This document shows, piece by piece, positions 1-13,700 of a stretch of DNA of 64,000 nucleotides; within the stretch, counting starts at the first letter, position 1; each line of letters opens with the position of its first letter. Position numbers and translations under genes: made by a program. Origin of the DNA: a virus (Duplodnaviria > Heunggongvirae > Uroviricota > Caudoviricetes). The stretch lies in IMG/VR virus record IMGVR_UViG_3300037067_001516; one strand, written 5' to 3'. Under the pieces are notes generated by a model. It saw nothing but the letters and a program-made list of their open reading frames with translations. It ran no database searches and had not been told where the DNA came from.

Positions 1-437
1 ATATAATTATTTTACCGCCGTTGTTCTTTTGAGACGGTAGAAGTGGTACGCCTTTTTCTATTACAGTATACCCCATTGCTAACCAGTAAGCTTTCTTTAT
101 TTGGTCTCTGCTTCTTCCAAGCATATGCCAGTATGTTCCGTAGACTTCAATAACAGAATTATTATAATCTGGGAAAATAAAATCTGGTATCCAATCGCTT
201 TCAGCGTTGTATGTACTATAGTTTTCTGGAAGATGATACTGAAAATTAAAGTTTACTTTTAATCTGGTCAAATAATCATATACCATTTTCTCTGGAACTG
301 TTCCTGGGATATTTTCTGTTATAGAAAAATCACTCCGCCCTTTGTTATCAACTATGGCAGTAAGTTTTGCTAAAGTTCTGACATCTTCTAGAGCTTTAAG
401 ATCTTTATATTTTACTATTTTTGTTCTTGCTGCCATA
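1..437 (-). CDS. DUF559/Vsr-like endonuclease-domain protein; ATG at 437, C-terminus lies beyond window start (truncated)
   Basis: Open minus-strand frame from ATG at 437 to position 1 with no stop. Motif DWIPDFIFPDYNNSVIEVYGTYWH resembles the DUF559 / very-short-patch-repair endonuclease core (DF...IEvDG..H). Absent from the ORF track only because it is incomplete. Confidence 0.4.
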
Positions 438-440
438 TGT

Positions 441-535
441 TTGGATAGATAGTGGGAGTCGAACCCAATGTTGTATGTTTAGTCTAAGCTTTAACACCTA
501 GCAAAAGATACACCGATCCCCGCACCGGGAGCTAT
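441..535 (-). tRNA. tRNA-like 3' fragment: T-arm TGGGTTCGACTCCCA plus 7-nt acceptor 3' strand plus encoded CCA; no canonical D or anticodon arm found
   Basis: Minus-sense ...ATTGGGTTCGACTCCCACTATCTATCCA. A 6/7 complementary 5' strand AAGATAG sits 97 nt upstream, which gives a non-canonical length. Confidence 0.2.
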
Positions 536-544
536 CTTTCATTT

Positions 545-3500
545 TTAAGCATCTCTTAACATAACCGACACTCTGCTTGATCCACGTCCTTCTATACTTC
601 TAGTTATTTGGCTAGGAGAACTCAACATTATTACTACGCCGACTTGTGTACCAACCATTATATATGCAGACCCTTTGATCTGAAGATCATTTCTTGGTTC
701 CATATCGTGGGCTGATCTTGTTCCTACTTGATCAGCATGCACTGTGCATGTGTAGTCTCCAAGTCCGTCAAAATATGCAGCGACTTCAGCAATAGTCTTG
801 TTCTCATAATCGTAAGAAGCATCGGCCACTCCATCGACAGCAGTCGAGATAGTGTAATTGGTCCTATCGATTGTAAGAATACAAGAGTCGCCAGAGCCTA
901 CATACTCTATTGTCATTCCTAATTCACTGACGTTATCTACGTCTATATAATTTAATAATTGTTTTTTAGAAGATGTATCCCATAGATCTGACAGGATTTC
1001 TTTTCTGTCTCTTGGCATTTCCCTATCCAGTTCATAAATTTCTCCAGTGTTTTGTTCTACCCAATCTTCCGCGATGATCATAAATGAATATGATTTATCA
1101 GTTGTAGTATTTTCACTAGGAGTTTGGAGAATAAACTTCCATGTTAAATCTGTCACTACAGGAGTAACTGTTCTATCGCCGGACTTTCCGTTAATAGTAT
1201 ATTTTGCCATTATTCTGTTACTTAACGTTGGGTTAGGAAGTTCGTATACTGATTCTTCTGTAGTCCCATCGCCGGCGAATACTGACGAAGTTATATAACC
1301 ACCGCTAACACCTGTCTTATATCCTATGGTTGCGCCTGTCCCGGTCGGAAATGCATCATACATTACAGAAAGATTTTTATACATCTTCTGTAATTTCATA
1401 ACACCTTCATCTAACCATGGAGTTTCAATGTAACCAGTAGTTACATAATAGTTTGATGTCTTGTCAAAATATTCGGCAGTATTATCAGAATAGAATACAA
1501 ATATTTTTTGTTCATCCCATCCAGCTATATGTACTGGGACTTTACTAAGTTGTTTTACTATCCACCAGTACATAGGTTTAGGAGTAAAGTTCATGTTGCA
1601 TCTGGCTAGATACCATGTCGAACCGTCGTTGCTTATAGCTGCATACATGTCTGTGCCAGACGAGTATATTGAGCTACATGACTTGATAGTAAATCCTTCT
1701 TCTAGATATGTCATGTTCGTCGGATAGACATTCGAACCTTCAGTAAAATATAATCCCTGCTCTTCTACGGAGAAGACGCCATAAGCACTCCATCCTGCCA
1801 TGCCTCTGAAGTTATCAGCACTTGTATAGTCGGGAAACTTCCATATGTTCCAGCCCGATCCACCACCACCAAACATCCAAAGCCCACGTTGAGACCCGGA
1901 TAAGAATCCTCTAGGTATTGATATGGCATTCAATGTTTGGCTTTCACCTGATGGCATTACCCACAAAGGATCTGGCGGTTCAGGGAGCCAATTGAATCCA
2001 TCTGTACTTTGTCTAACTCCATCATCAAACCATCCGAATAAAGTATCTGATTCATTGTGTACAAAATATAAATCTGTGATCGTATCACTTTTTATCGACA
2101 TTAACATGTTCTCAAATTCATTCGAATCCCATTCTGGATTCGTTTTTAATTTGAAAGTAAAGTCATAAGCTTGTGTTACCCATGTTGTTCCGCCATCTAC
2201 GGTTGTTACTGCATTACCCTCATAGTATGATGGGTAGTCATCATCCTTTGCCCAGTTATAACAATTGCCAGTGACAGGAGCTGTAGTACACTTAGCTCTT
2301 ATCCAGTATGTTGTGCCTGCAGTTAATGTATATGTGGCTGTAGACTTCTTTTCTATCCATCTAAAACTATTATCCATTGATGTCGGTTCGTATGTGTATG
2401 TCATTAACACATTGCCACTGGGTTTCCCAGCATTGTCGCTTTCTATTGTCACATAAAGATACGATGTTGGGCTTAATGTCCTACCGGCAAAAATAGATAG
2501 AGAATAATATCTATCTGAAGTTATTGATGGTACAATTTTTTGGGCGACTTGTATGTTTATGTCTGCAGATGCTGCTATTTCTTCTGATTTATATCCTCCA
2601 GATACAGGAGTAGCATTAGTTACTTGTAACAAATCTATTTCAAGTTCTCCACCTCCACTATATTGAGCTCTTGGACCGGACGCATAATACCATTTGTAAC
2701 AATTATTTGCGTCACCTTCGGCCGTATTCGCTACTACAAAATAGTTCACTTTGGCATTCAAAGTAAACGGTGAATTATCTGGAGAATATTCTTGGTATCC
2801 TGCGGTAGATGATACTGATGTTAACTCGTACGCCGCAACAGGATCTTCTTCCAAGTCAGGTGTACCAGGAGTTAATGTTGATTCAGGATAAATTTTTATA
2901 TATAAACTATTTGGAGGAGATCCTTCTTTCTTCAAATAGATTCTTAATTTAGAAAAAGTTTCTGCACTCATTGTAGGCTTGATCTGTTGTGCTACATATA
3001 GAGTGCTATATATACTTTTAAATTCTGATGGAGTGTATGATTCATCTGGTTTATATAATCCATCGATCTTTATTGCGTTGGCCGTCTTAGTCCAAGTAGT
3101 ACTATTAGTCGGATCAGTATTAACCCATACGTTATCAGGCCCTGTACATGCGAACAATTTCTTTTCACATTCATAAAAACTATAGATCTTATCTTCAGTA
3201 GTATCTACTTCGAAATCGAAACTCACCCCATTAGACGTGGACCAAATCTTTCCATTGTCATCTCCAAGATATAATTTTGATAATGTTTTATAATGGGCCG
3301 TTACATTGCCTATGGTCGCTGGCATTATGTACGATTGGAGATCCTTTTCTAATTTAAACTCTCCTGGTTTAGAAACATCAATACCTACAGAATTAAAATA
3401 TCTCGCAGGATCAACCATGAACTTCTGGTTCATACCATGCGAGAAATCAGTTAATCCGCCTATCTGCCAGAAATCTAATTCTGCATAGGAAGGTCTTCCT

Positions 3501-3610
3501 GTTGAAAATTTACTACCAAGCAATGGAGCTGGAGTCGCTCTATATGATGCCGGCTCTATCATATAACCCTTATAATCCAGAAAGATATTATATTTTGAAG
3601 TTTGTTCCAT
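545..3610 (-). CDS. large virion/tail-associated protein (1,021 aa), function unknown; possibly tail fibre or receptor-binding
   Basis: Long uninterrupted ORF, Gly/Ser/Thr/Tyr/Trp-rich beta-type composition (GGGGSGWNIWKF...), next to the giant ORF in the minus-strand structural block. Product is inferred from size and composition only. Confidence 0.55.
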   Translation of the reverse strand: MEQTSKYNIFLDYKGYMIEPASYRATPAPLLGSKFSTGRPSYAELDFWQIGGLTDFSHGMNQKFMVDPARYFNSVGIDVSKPGEFKLEKDLQSYIMPATIGNVTAHYKTLSKLYLGDDNGKIWSTSNGVSFDFEVDTTEDKIYSFYECEKKLFACTGPDNVWVNTDPTNSTTWTKTANAIKIDGLYKPDESYTPSEFKSIYSTLYVAQQIKPTMSAETFSKLRIYLKKEGSPPNSLYIKIYPESTLTPGTPDLEEDPVAAYELTSVSSTAGYQEYSPDNSPFTLNAKVNYFVVANTAEGDANNCYKWYYASGPRAQYSGGGELEIDLLQVTNATPVSGGYKSEEIAASADINIQVAQKIVPSITSDRYYSLSIFAGRTLSPTSYLYVTIESDNAGKPSGNVLMTYTYEPTSMDNSFRWIEKKSTATYTLTAGTTYWIRAKCTTAPVTGNCYNWAKDDDYPSYYEGNAVTTVDGGTTWVTQAYDFTFKLKTNPEWDSNEFENMLMSIKSDTITDLYFVHNESDTLFGWFDDGVRQSTDGFNWLPEPPDPLWVMPSGESQTLNAISIPRGFLSGSQRGLWMFGGGGSGWNIWKFPDYTSADNFRGMAGWSAYGVFSVEEQGLYFTEGSNVYPTNMTYLEEGFTIKSCSSIYSSGTDMYAAISNDGSTWYLARCNMNFTPKPMYWWIVKQLSKVPVHIAGWDEQKIFVFYSDNTAEYFDKTSNYYVTTGYIETPWLDEGVMKLQKMYKNLSVMYDAFPTGTGATIGYKTGVSGGYITSSVFAGDGTTEESVYELPNPTLSNRIMAKYTINGKSGDRTVTPVVTDLTWKFILQTPSENTTTDKSYSFMIIAEDWVEQNTGEIYELDREMPRDRKEILSDLWDTSSKKQLLNYIDVDNVSELGMTIEYVGSGDSCILTIDRTNYTISTAVDGVADASYDYENKTIAEVAAYFDGLGDYTCTVHADQVGTRSAHDMEPRNDLQIKGSAYIMVGTQVGVVIMLSSPSQITRSIEGRGSSRVSVMLRDA

Positions 3611-3614
3611 ATGT

Positions 3615-4016
3615 TTACAAAGTAAATGTTATCCCAAATTTTTCTTTTAGCTTCTTTATACGGCATCTAACACGATAGTTATGCATCCATACCTTGTTAT
3701 ACTCGCGAATACTGCACCCTTTTTGTATAGAGAGTATCTGCATATCTATTTTTTTTCCACTCATAACTATCTGTGTACCTGTTATTTTTATTTTATTCTT
3801 AGTCTTAATTTTTGTTTTGTTCACAGGCCAATCAGTGAAACCATCTTTTGGTAATTTCTTAAGTTCTTCCTTGGGTATATCTACTAGAGTTTTCTTAGTT
3901 AAAAACCCTGACATAATCGGCGGTGCTTTAGGTTTTCCGTTAGAATTAAAATATGGTTTGTATATTTTTGGTTGTCTTGACAATGCCTCCAAACAATATT
4001 CTTGGTATGTCTTCAT
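3615..4016 (-). CDS. hypothetical protein (133 aa), basic C-terminal half
   Basis: ORF begins 5 nt after the upstream gene stop, same strand as neighbours. Confidence 0.5.
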   Translation of the reverse strand: MKTYQEYCLEALSRQPKIYKPYFNSNGKPKAPPIMSGFLTKKTLVDIPKEELKKLPKDGFTDWPVNKTKIKTKNKIKITGTQIVMSGKKIDMQILSIQKGCSIREYNKVWMHNYRVRCRIKKLKEKFGITFTL

Positions 4017-4037
4017 TGTTTTTTGAAATCATATCTC

Positions 4038-4682
4038 TTAAAAACTTTTAACACTATTAATATTGTTAAGCTTTTTTTTAGCAGTATCGATTTCCATGTT
4101 GTAACTCTGGATAATAGCAAGAAGAACTCCTTCGTTAGATCGCGAGACAAGAGTTCTATATCTATCTAATTTAGTGTGATCTAATAATATTTTTTGAAGA
4201 CCTTCTTTAATACAAATCTTTTTAAGCAAACTAGCTTCTGCTCTCCCAAGATTTATAGTTGTTGCAAATGTAATGTTACCTAGTCTGCCAAGCCAATTTA
4301 CTTCTACTGTTGGATAGCTTTCACTCGGGAAGATACTTTGATCCTTGTAATCTTGTGGATCCAGGTCAATTTTTTTAGAGATACGATCATATACATAGTT
4401 ATCGTACGGCCATTTCTTCCCATTGCTATCTATAAGATAAACATCTTTAATCTCAGATACATTAGTATATGTTGATCCGCTTAGATCAATCGAATAATTA
4501 GTTTTGTTAATCTCCGTGCTTGTAGCCCACGTGAAGATTGTTGAGTTCTCTATCAACACATCAGGGAACAAGTTGTCCCCTTCAGTATTTATTATGTCTA
4601 GCCAGTCAACTTCAGATGTTATTATGAAATTTGGATCATTGGCTGATCGGGCTATATCTTTTACTAGATCTCTGCCGGTCAT
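4038..4682 (-). CDS. hypothetical protein (214 aa)
   Basis: Compact ORF between the giant gene and the 133-aa ORF. Confidence 0.55.
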   Translation of the reverse strand: MTGRDLVKDIARSANDPNFIITSEVDWLDIINTEGDNLFPDVLIENSTIFTWATSTEINKTNYSIDLSGSTYTNVSEIKDVYLIDSNGKKWPYDNYVYDRISKKIDLDPQDYKDQSIFPSESYPTVEVNWLGRLGNITFATTINLGRAEASLLKKICIKEGLQKILLDHTKLDRYRTLVSRSNEGVLLAIIQSYNMEIDTAKKKLNNINSVKSF

Positions 4683-4736
4683 ATATTTTGAGTTAGGTGT
4701 ACATTATATACACATCTTTATTAAATTATAGCATTT

Positions 4737-7700
4737 TTAAACCTCATAGTCAAACAACTTCATAACTCTTTTGTTAGACGGGATCGTTCTTAATACCAAT
4801 TCTTCTGCCCCTAGGAAGATATTTGATGGGTTTTTCTCTGCTTCTACAGATCCCTTGAACACATTTAATGTCCCAAATTCCTTTAATGGTTTATTGAACA
4901 TGGATGAAGTAAAGGTTCTGGCGACGCGTTGAGCTTCTAGATTTAGAAGTTTGTTATTACTTAGTTCTTGTCTTCTAATGCGACCCGTTCTTGCTAATTT
5001 GTCAAGTTGGTATTCTGCCCAACGTTCTTTTGACCATGTTGAACGATCTGTCCATTTGCCTAGACGTATCATCTCTCTTGATACTTTTTCTTTTAATTGA
5101 AATGGCATATCCTTTCCATACTTAAACATCAGACTATCGGCCCAAGTCTCTTCTTTGTTTTGTTTGCTGTATATTCTTAGTCCCTCTTCTAATGCGCGGC
5201 CCAAAGACATATAAGATAATACTTTGGATTTAGGATGACTCTTAAAGTATTCGTTTCTTATCCATGCCGGTAATGTTCTGAAGAAATATGTAGAAAGTAT
5301 TGATCCAAACGTTGACGCCCAGGCTTTCATGCTTGCTTGGTACATCTTATCTGCCAACCATTTGCCCTCTGCTGTAGATGTATCAGGTTTCTCACTTACA
5401 GATTTTCTGAATAGTTCTACTTGGACATCATCCTTAGCTTGAATGGCATTAGTGAACTGCAAAAAGCTATCAAGTTTTGCTTGGTATTCTTTCATTACTT
5501 TAGGATCAGACAAGAAACTGGCTGGCATCTTCTTAAGTTCCCAGTACTCTGCTAACTCCGGTCTAGCTTTGACAAACGCTGTGCGTTTTTCTGATCCATC
5601 TATTTGAAAATATAACTTCTCAAGTATCATCAACTTTCTGATTCCTGGCGGCGCTTGGTTCAAGAAGTACTCTGAAAGTTCTGGATGCTTAAGGATAAAA
5701 CTTGTCTTGTCTACCTGCAATTCGATCTTGTTATATTCTGATAATAAATCTCTTATTACTTTTTCTTTACCAGTATAAGTTTTTTTGAGAGAGTCCCAAT
5801 ACTTTTGTATGTCTGGGTTATCTTCTAGATACTTATCAGCTTTGGATTTAAGTGTGTAATACTTTATGAGATAATCTCTGCCTGTCCCATCGGCCGGTAT
5901 CTGATAAAGAATATTAAAGTATTCTTTCTGCTTATGTTTAACTGCCAATTGTTCTGGCGTATCATTGTTGTCCCACATCTTAACTAGATCTGGATGCTCG
6001 TTCAAATATGTGGCACGTTCCCTCTTTCCTTCCCATGTCATGTTATCGATAGCATCGAATGCTCCCCACATTTTTTCATACTTCAAATAAGCCTGAGACT
6101 TTTCAAGCCGGCCAGGTTTATCTTTATCCCATGCTATTATAGCGGCTTTATTCGCAGGATCTTTCAAGATAGACTCACGCTCTTCCCAAGTTTTTCCTTC
6201 TAACTTAAGCGCGAGAGGATAGTATTCTTTTCTTAATGGGTTTCTTTCAAAGTAAACTTTTCTAAATTCGTCCCAAGATTTATCTTTATTGGTATAAAAT
6301 CTAGTATAGTAATCAGTACCATCTCCAGATTTATTTAACTCTCTAAGTTTTTCTATATAGATATACTGTCCTGGCTTGTCTTTGTCCCATGCTTTCAACG
6401 CATCTTGTTTGGACCATAACCAATCATAAAGACTGCCCCATTCTTTAGTGGCATCTTCTCCTTTGAGTTCAACGATTCTGTTTATTGTTTTATTATATAT
6501 CGCAGCAACTGGATAGTATATTTTCTTTCCAGGATTATCTTTAAAATACTGCGATCTAAAATCATCCCATCCTTTATCACCAGGTTTCTGATAGAACAGA
6601 TCATAATAGTTAGCACTTGGATTTTTTTCTAATTCGTTGAATATAATACTGAACTTAGGAAATGTAATTTTCTTTTCAGGGTTGTCATAAAAATACCAAT
6701 TTCTGAACCAGGTTGGTTGTTTATTAAATTGTTTAAAGAAATTTTGATCTGGATCATTGAACTTATTTCTTAATTTCGTCCACGTTTCAGAGTATGCAAT
6801 TTTAAATTCATTATATTTTCTCTGCCACTCTGGCATATCATCATAATATTTCTTTTTGTATTCTGGGTTTGATAATATTAATGTTTCCAAAAGTCTATTG
6901 TATTCGTCCCACACCTTAGCCGATTCTTCTTGCGATAATTCATCAAGATTATTCGGAAGAACTTTAAACACAACAGACATACTATCATAATATTTCTGAT
7001 CGTCTAAACGTTTTTCCTCTCTAGCTTTTAATGAAAGATTTTTGAAATCTTGATAACCTTTTTCTGCCTCTGTCTTAACTTTATTTATGTCGAACAGCTC
7101 TCCTTCTAATCCATACGCGTCTACTATTGTTGCTAATTGATCTAAACTATTAAGTCTGAAGTTACCATTCTGATCATACATTGCATTTCTAAGTTCTTCT
7201 TTACTTATTGCATTTCCAAATGGTACATCAATGCCAGCTAATTTCATCTTAGATATTTTTTTGTCATCGGCATCTTTGACATTGGACAAGATTTTGTTTG
7301 CTATAGATCGTATTTGTGAAACATCAAACTTTTCTTTACCATATATTTTGCTAGAAGTTTGTGACCCGTTCGACCATACTTCCTGCATGATCTTAGCATA
7401 CTGTGGATTTTCGTTAAGCCATTCATCTCCGGAGCCATGTTCTTTTGCTTCAAGATTATAATAGTTATATGTAATTATTGACTTAACAAGATCTTGGGAC
7501 TTTTCGTTCCAGTCTTTTCCTTTAGCATTAAGAACTTTTGTTACCTTACTTAATACTGAATACTCTTGCAGGTACCCATATAGATCAGGATTTTCTTTCT
7601 TTAATGATTCCTGGAGTATATACTGCTCACCCGGCGGGAGTTTCATAATAGTATCGAATACCATTTCGATATCTTCCATCTTTTTGTAGTTGGCACCAAA

Positions 7701-10700
7701 GAAATAATTCATTAGTAATCTTACTTTTTTACTATTGAATGTTGTGTTACCTCTGAGGATAGTGGAAATATCTATACTAGCTAAATCTTTTGTAAGTTGT
7801 CCGAACGGAAGAACACTCGCTAAAAATGTATAAAGAGATTCATTCGTTTTATCAAATGTAATAGAATCAGAGAATTTAGAATCCTCTTTATTCCTAAAGT
7901 TTTGTATATCTTCCGTGGTCCATCCTCGATCATAGAATTCTTGGGTGGATGCTGTAGTGTCATAGTAACCTTGGCCGGTAATAACTGTCATCGCGGAACT
8001 ACCAATCGGACCAAAGCTTAACCCGAATAACATACGTGATGGATTCTTTATAAATTCCTGTACCATCTTTGTTGGATTAAATATCATTTCGAAATATTCT
8101 TTTATTCCAAAGGAAGTTAACCACCATATATTATTTCCAACTTCTATTCTATTTTTATACTGGTCAGGTAAGTCTTTTTGTTTTTCCTCAAATGCATCAA
8201 GCACAGCTACGGCAGCACGCCATGTTCCTGGACCATACTTAAGACACACACTTAAATATAACTGTATAGACTTTGATGTAAACGTATAGAATGGGAAAAA
8301 GTTTCTTAATAGTCTACCAGCTAATGTAAGCTCGCGATAATCAAACATCCATTTCTTAACTTTCATTTCTGCTGCTGCTATATTCATGGATTTTTTGTAC
8401 AACAAATCCCATGCAAGTACAGCTCTTCTTGATGTTTCTAATGCTGATGAAACTATTTGTAGATCACTATCTATAACTTTTAATCTCCTGCCCAAACGAC
8501 TGGCCAGCCCGCTATCTTTTATAAGATCTATTTTAACTTGCGCATACCTTGGGTCGGCTATTATTCTATCTATACCAGATGATACTAATCTTTCCATGTC
8601 AGCAGTTGTAATAGTTTCTCCTATTGCTGTAACTCCACCATCATTTAATAATTTGTGAGCATTAGTTAAAGAACCTTTTAATTCAAAATATTTTGTTCTA
8701 GCTATTGGCTTGGTGAAATCTATATCTATAAGACTATAATCCATAAACTTCCCAAGTTTATTTCTAGCATTCTTAGGTAAAAGTTCTAGTGGTAATTTAA
8801 CTGTTTCTTTAAATGTTTTCCAATAGAACATCGCCATACCTCTTGATAGCGATTCAAGATATTTTGCCATTATGAAAACATTCTTTGATGCGCCGATTGC
8901 TCTGGCTCCATCTCCAAGAGCATTCCATATTTGCCATCTTGGTCTGTATAGCAACACGGCTCTTATCCATGATGACATCAATACTCTACCTGCACTTGAA
9001 AAATTATCTGATAACCATGTAGCTTTATTCAGCATCCATTCTGCTGATCGTAATGCTAAAACATATTCTGGTATTACATCAGGGTATCCGGGATTGAGGC
9101 CAACTTGTGGTTGATCATACATACCGTAGAATGCGAGACGAGATGATACTTTCCTACGTAGTTCTTCAAATAGTCTCGTGCCTTTTCCAAAACTAAAGAC
9201 CTCTGTCTTTATTTGATCCATTAGGAAATTAGTAGATGCTACATCATTCTCTATTTGTTTCATCATTGCACGACGAGTAAGACTATCTGCGTTTTCTGGT
9301 ATCATCTTTATCAATGCTTCTCTATAGTCTTTAGATGCTTGAGTTATCTCAATATCCATTTTCTTTTTTATATCATTTGTTTTCTTGACAGAAGCTAGAT
9401 CTACAAGTATATCTTGTGGGCGTTCTCCATATATTGCTTTCTGTTTTGTAAACTCTGGAAGAAAATTCTCTTTTGTGTTTTGATATTTTGTTATTAGAGA
9501 TGCGAGTTCACTCTGTATACTATTCAGCATTTTTTCTGAAGATTCGTATATTCTTATTATCCCATTATTTTCTTCGCTCCATGCCTTTAGCAAAGAGGCC
9601 CTGCCTTTGTCGTCAAAATTTTTACTTATTGTAAATAGTATATCAGGGTCATTGGTTCTTATCATTCTTCTAAGAGTAGATATGTCTGAGTTTTTTATAG
9701 TTGAGAACTTAACATTAGGGAACTGGTTTAAGTATTCATAAATCAACATCTCTCCGCGTGTCATGTCTTTAGGAAAAACAAAAGTCATACCATTTTTTCT
9801 GGCTTCATCTAATGTATTCTTTTGATCTTTATATAGAGTTGAATGCTTGTCATCGGCTATGATAAGAAGCTTTTTATTTTTAACAGAGTCTTGGAATGCT
9901 AATACTTTGCTTTCTCCTACATTGTTTTCTATCATGTATTTAGAAACATCTTGCCTGTTCATGTACTTGTTAACGCGCGATGCTAGGATTGCATCTGACT
10001 GTGCGATTGTTTCTTTGGAGATATCACCAGTTTCTGTCCCAACTATTTTTGATAGTAGACTGTCAGGATCTTCTGGGAAGAACATGGTATCACCAGAAAT
10101 AGATTCTCTAAACTTGCTGTTTATTTTATCAAAATCTTTTCTGGCTTGTGTAAGCAATTCTATTTCTTTTTTGTCTAATGCTTTGTTATAAAAGGAATCT
10201 TTAAGACTAGCCGGGCTCACTTTCTCGGCCTTCTCTCCGAATATCCATACTGGTCCATGCTCGTTTATGTTCTTTATTATTGTATTATAAGCTTCTACTT
10301 CTGCCGAAGTTAGTGATGTACCTGCGCTTATATTGATATTCTTTAACGCGTCAGATGTTATCTTATCATTGGAAACTATATGAATCTTACCGGCCAATGC
10401 ATTGTCACTCCTGGAAAGTTTCTGTTTTAACTTTCCAGTTAAATCTATAACTAATGGATATCTTTTTTCTCCCCCAGTCTTTTCTACTAAGTCTGTTATT
10501 GCTTCTATAATCTCCTTAGTATCATTAATACTGTTTATATTAATAACATCAACTTTAGGAACTCTAATTTCTTTTGGACTTTTTATCTTCGATAGACTGT
10601 CCCAAAAATTAGTTTGCATTAACTTGCTATCAATCTTTTCCATTGTAACAGTAGGAAGATTAACATCATCTAGGCCGATCTCTGTTAAACTGCTCTTGTT

Positions 10701-13700
10701 AGATTCTAACATGAATGCTTTATTGATCTCAGACAATCTATTAAGTTTGTCTTCCATATCTGGAGATATATATCCTTTGACTGCTTGATATATTTCTTTC
10801 GCGGTAAAAGTTATTCCATTAACTTTTCCTAGATTCCATGGCACAATTATGTCCAGGATACTATTATACCTAGCCAATTCTTTTTCTATAATACTTTTTG
10901 ACAATAACAAATTGTTCTTTATATAAGTGTTTGGGGAGTCAGCTATTTTCTTATTGACATTAAATATACTATTCTTTAAACTAGAAATTCTTTCCTCTAT
11001 ATACTTGTAGGATTCACTATCAAACTTATTTCCATTTATCAAGAAGTCTGTAGCATCTGAAGTAGAATCTATTTTTCTATTTATATTATCTAGTTCAACA
11101 CTCAGATCATTCTTAGATCTTTCAAGTTTTATTATTGATTCATTGAACTTCTTGTTCAGATCATTATATTTTTCTATTTGTTTATCTGGAACCTTTCCTT
11201 TAACTTTGTTTTTTTCATTTTCAGATATTCTATATTTAATCTCAGCGATATTTGAATCAATTGAATTAAGCTTGTTCTCTATATCAATTTTATTATTTCT
11301 TGCTTCCTTAAGATCAGCTATCTTAACAATCGAATCTTCTAATTCTTCATGGCCCATTTTGTTGGGTACATCAAAAGCAACACCTACTTTGTCAATAAAC
11401 TTCTCTTTGTCAAAGTCACTAACAATGTTTTCAGTCTTTGTGATTCTACGTTTTACTTCATCTGTAAGATCACCAACGCCTATGTACTTGCCACCAGTGA
11501 TTCCAAGTAATGCTAACTGATCAGATGTTGTTTGGTTTCCTTCGAATGATTTATCTATCTTCCAATTATTTTTGTCTATTCTTTCTATACTAGAAATACC
11601 CAACGCTTTTTTAATAGCGAACAGTGCCGAATTTAAATCTTCCATTTCATCCATAACCTTTTCATTAAACAAAAGATTTATTTTTGATTCTTTATTTTCT
11701 GATTCTGATAAAGATAACTCATTCAATTTATCTGGGTCTATCCCATCCGGTATATCTTTAGCTGTTGTACTTTCACCTACTGGTGTTTGTCTCTTAGATA
11801 TATTTATATCTGACGCTAATGATTCAAGCCCTTGCTCAGTCTTTCCTGTGATTGTGCGCAATTCTATTTCAGATGGTTTCAATTTCTCTTGCATGATCGA
11901 CGCACCTTTTCTCTTGGCAAGATTAAGTAATTCTTTTTTTCTTGATGAGCTTAACTTACTAGTTGTTATCTCTTTTATAATTTCATTCTTGTCCATCAAC
12001 ATTAATCTTTGTTCGCTGATATCTGGGAATTCTTTTTTAAATATATCAAAACTTAAAACATCAGAAGTTATTAATGCTTTGTATAACTTATCAAAGTATA
12101 CTTTTTTTAATTCTAAAGATATTGTTGGGTCAGTAGACAATGATAGAAGATTAACCAGATTATCATTGTACATACTCAATCCGTTTGATTTATCTAACAT
12201 CCAATACAATAACGGGTTCATACCTTTATCAAGCATCAACTGTGTTACTTCTTTGGATGTCATCTGATCTTTCAACTTGTCGAATTTTTCTACAATAAAG
12301 TCGGAACCTTCTACGAATTCGTCGGGCCTACTTCGTATAAAATCTATGACTGCCTTACCCTCAGGGGTTCTATCACTTATTACTAATGTGGCTCCAGAAT
12401 TTTCTCCAGACTTTACTGAGTAAATAGCTTTTTCAATCTCTGGAGTTATGACAAGTTCTTTCTTTAATCTAGAGCTTGGTATTATTTGTAATTCATCGGA
12501 TAGTCTGTCTTTAAATTCCTCACCATGCTTCTTAGCATATCCTTCTCCCTTAGTTCTAAGCTCATTGTATCTAGATGTAAGACCTTCAACTTTTTTAGAA
12601 GCACTCTGTTCAAAATATTTATACTTATCTGATTTTACTTTCTTGCCAGCATAAACAATATCTTTGTATTTTTTCTTTGCTTGGATTAAAAGTAGTTTAG
12701 TATTAGCTGCTTCTACTTCCATCTTGTCTAAGACATCTATAACTTTATGCGACACGATTCCTTCTGGCAAAATTAACGCTATCTTTTTTTCTTGGCTATG
12801 TATAATAGCATCTTTTATAATCGCCGCAATCCTTGTTTTTGGTGCTGAGTTATCTAAATCTAACTTCGCCATCAGATCTACGGCCGCGTCCACCATCGGT
12901 CTTGTAAACTTGTCTACAACTTCGGGCATCATATCTGCTGAAATATTTTTTCTAGTAAGATAAGTGAACCTGCGATTAATTTTATTTGTAGCATAAAGAT
13001 ACTCAGCTTTGTTTATAATGCCGAGCTGTTTTATTTGTTCATCAGAAAGTTTACCTATCTTTAATCTATTAGCGTCTTCTGGAGAAATAAATCCTGGTAT
13101 AGTCCTAAGTAAACGTTTTATAGAATCAATAGATGTTTCACCTTTTGATGTATTGAATTTAAAATATGTTCTTATCCCGCTATTGATATCTTTTATTGTT
13201 GACTCTGATAATCCATCTTGTCTAAGTTTATTTAATACAATAGCTTTCTTGAGTTGTTGTCTTCTGGAGTCAGCCAATGATTCTAATTCATTTGTTATAG
13301 ACTTCATCTCACTGCTAGTTATGTTGACATCATTTAGAAGACGGCCAATGATTTTACTTTTGTTACCAAATAAGTTTGGGTTCTTATCTATCTTTTCCAT
13401 TATCAACATCGTCAATTCTTCTACTGGCGACATCTGATGTACTGATCGCAATTTATTTTGTATATCGTTTTGGAGAATATCGTATGTTTTCTTTAGAGAA
13501 CCGTATGTTACATTGAAAAGTTTTCTGTTAGAAAAATATAATTCTTGTATCGACGCTGACAAAGATAACAAGAACTCTGCCTGTGTATCGCCATTAAACA
13601 CATCTATCTCTTGCTTGCTAGTAAAAAATTTCTTGTTACTTTTTATATCATTAATAACATCAAAGAAATCTCTTTTATAAGATTCTTTTACCTTTATCTT

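Noticed and set aside
8000-9000. Possible lytic transglycosylase (SLT) motif ...ESTQTEAGLMQ... inside the giant protein
   Set aside because: Spacing between the Glu-Ser and GLMQ elements (6 aa) is far shorter than in SLT domains (about 15 aa); taken as chance.
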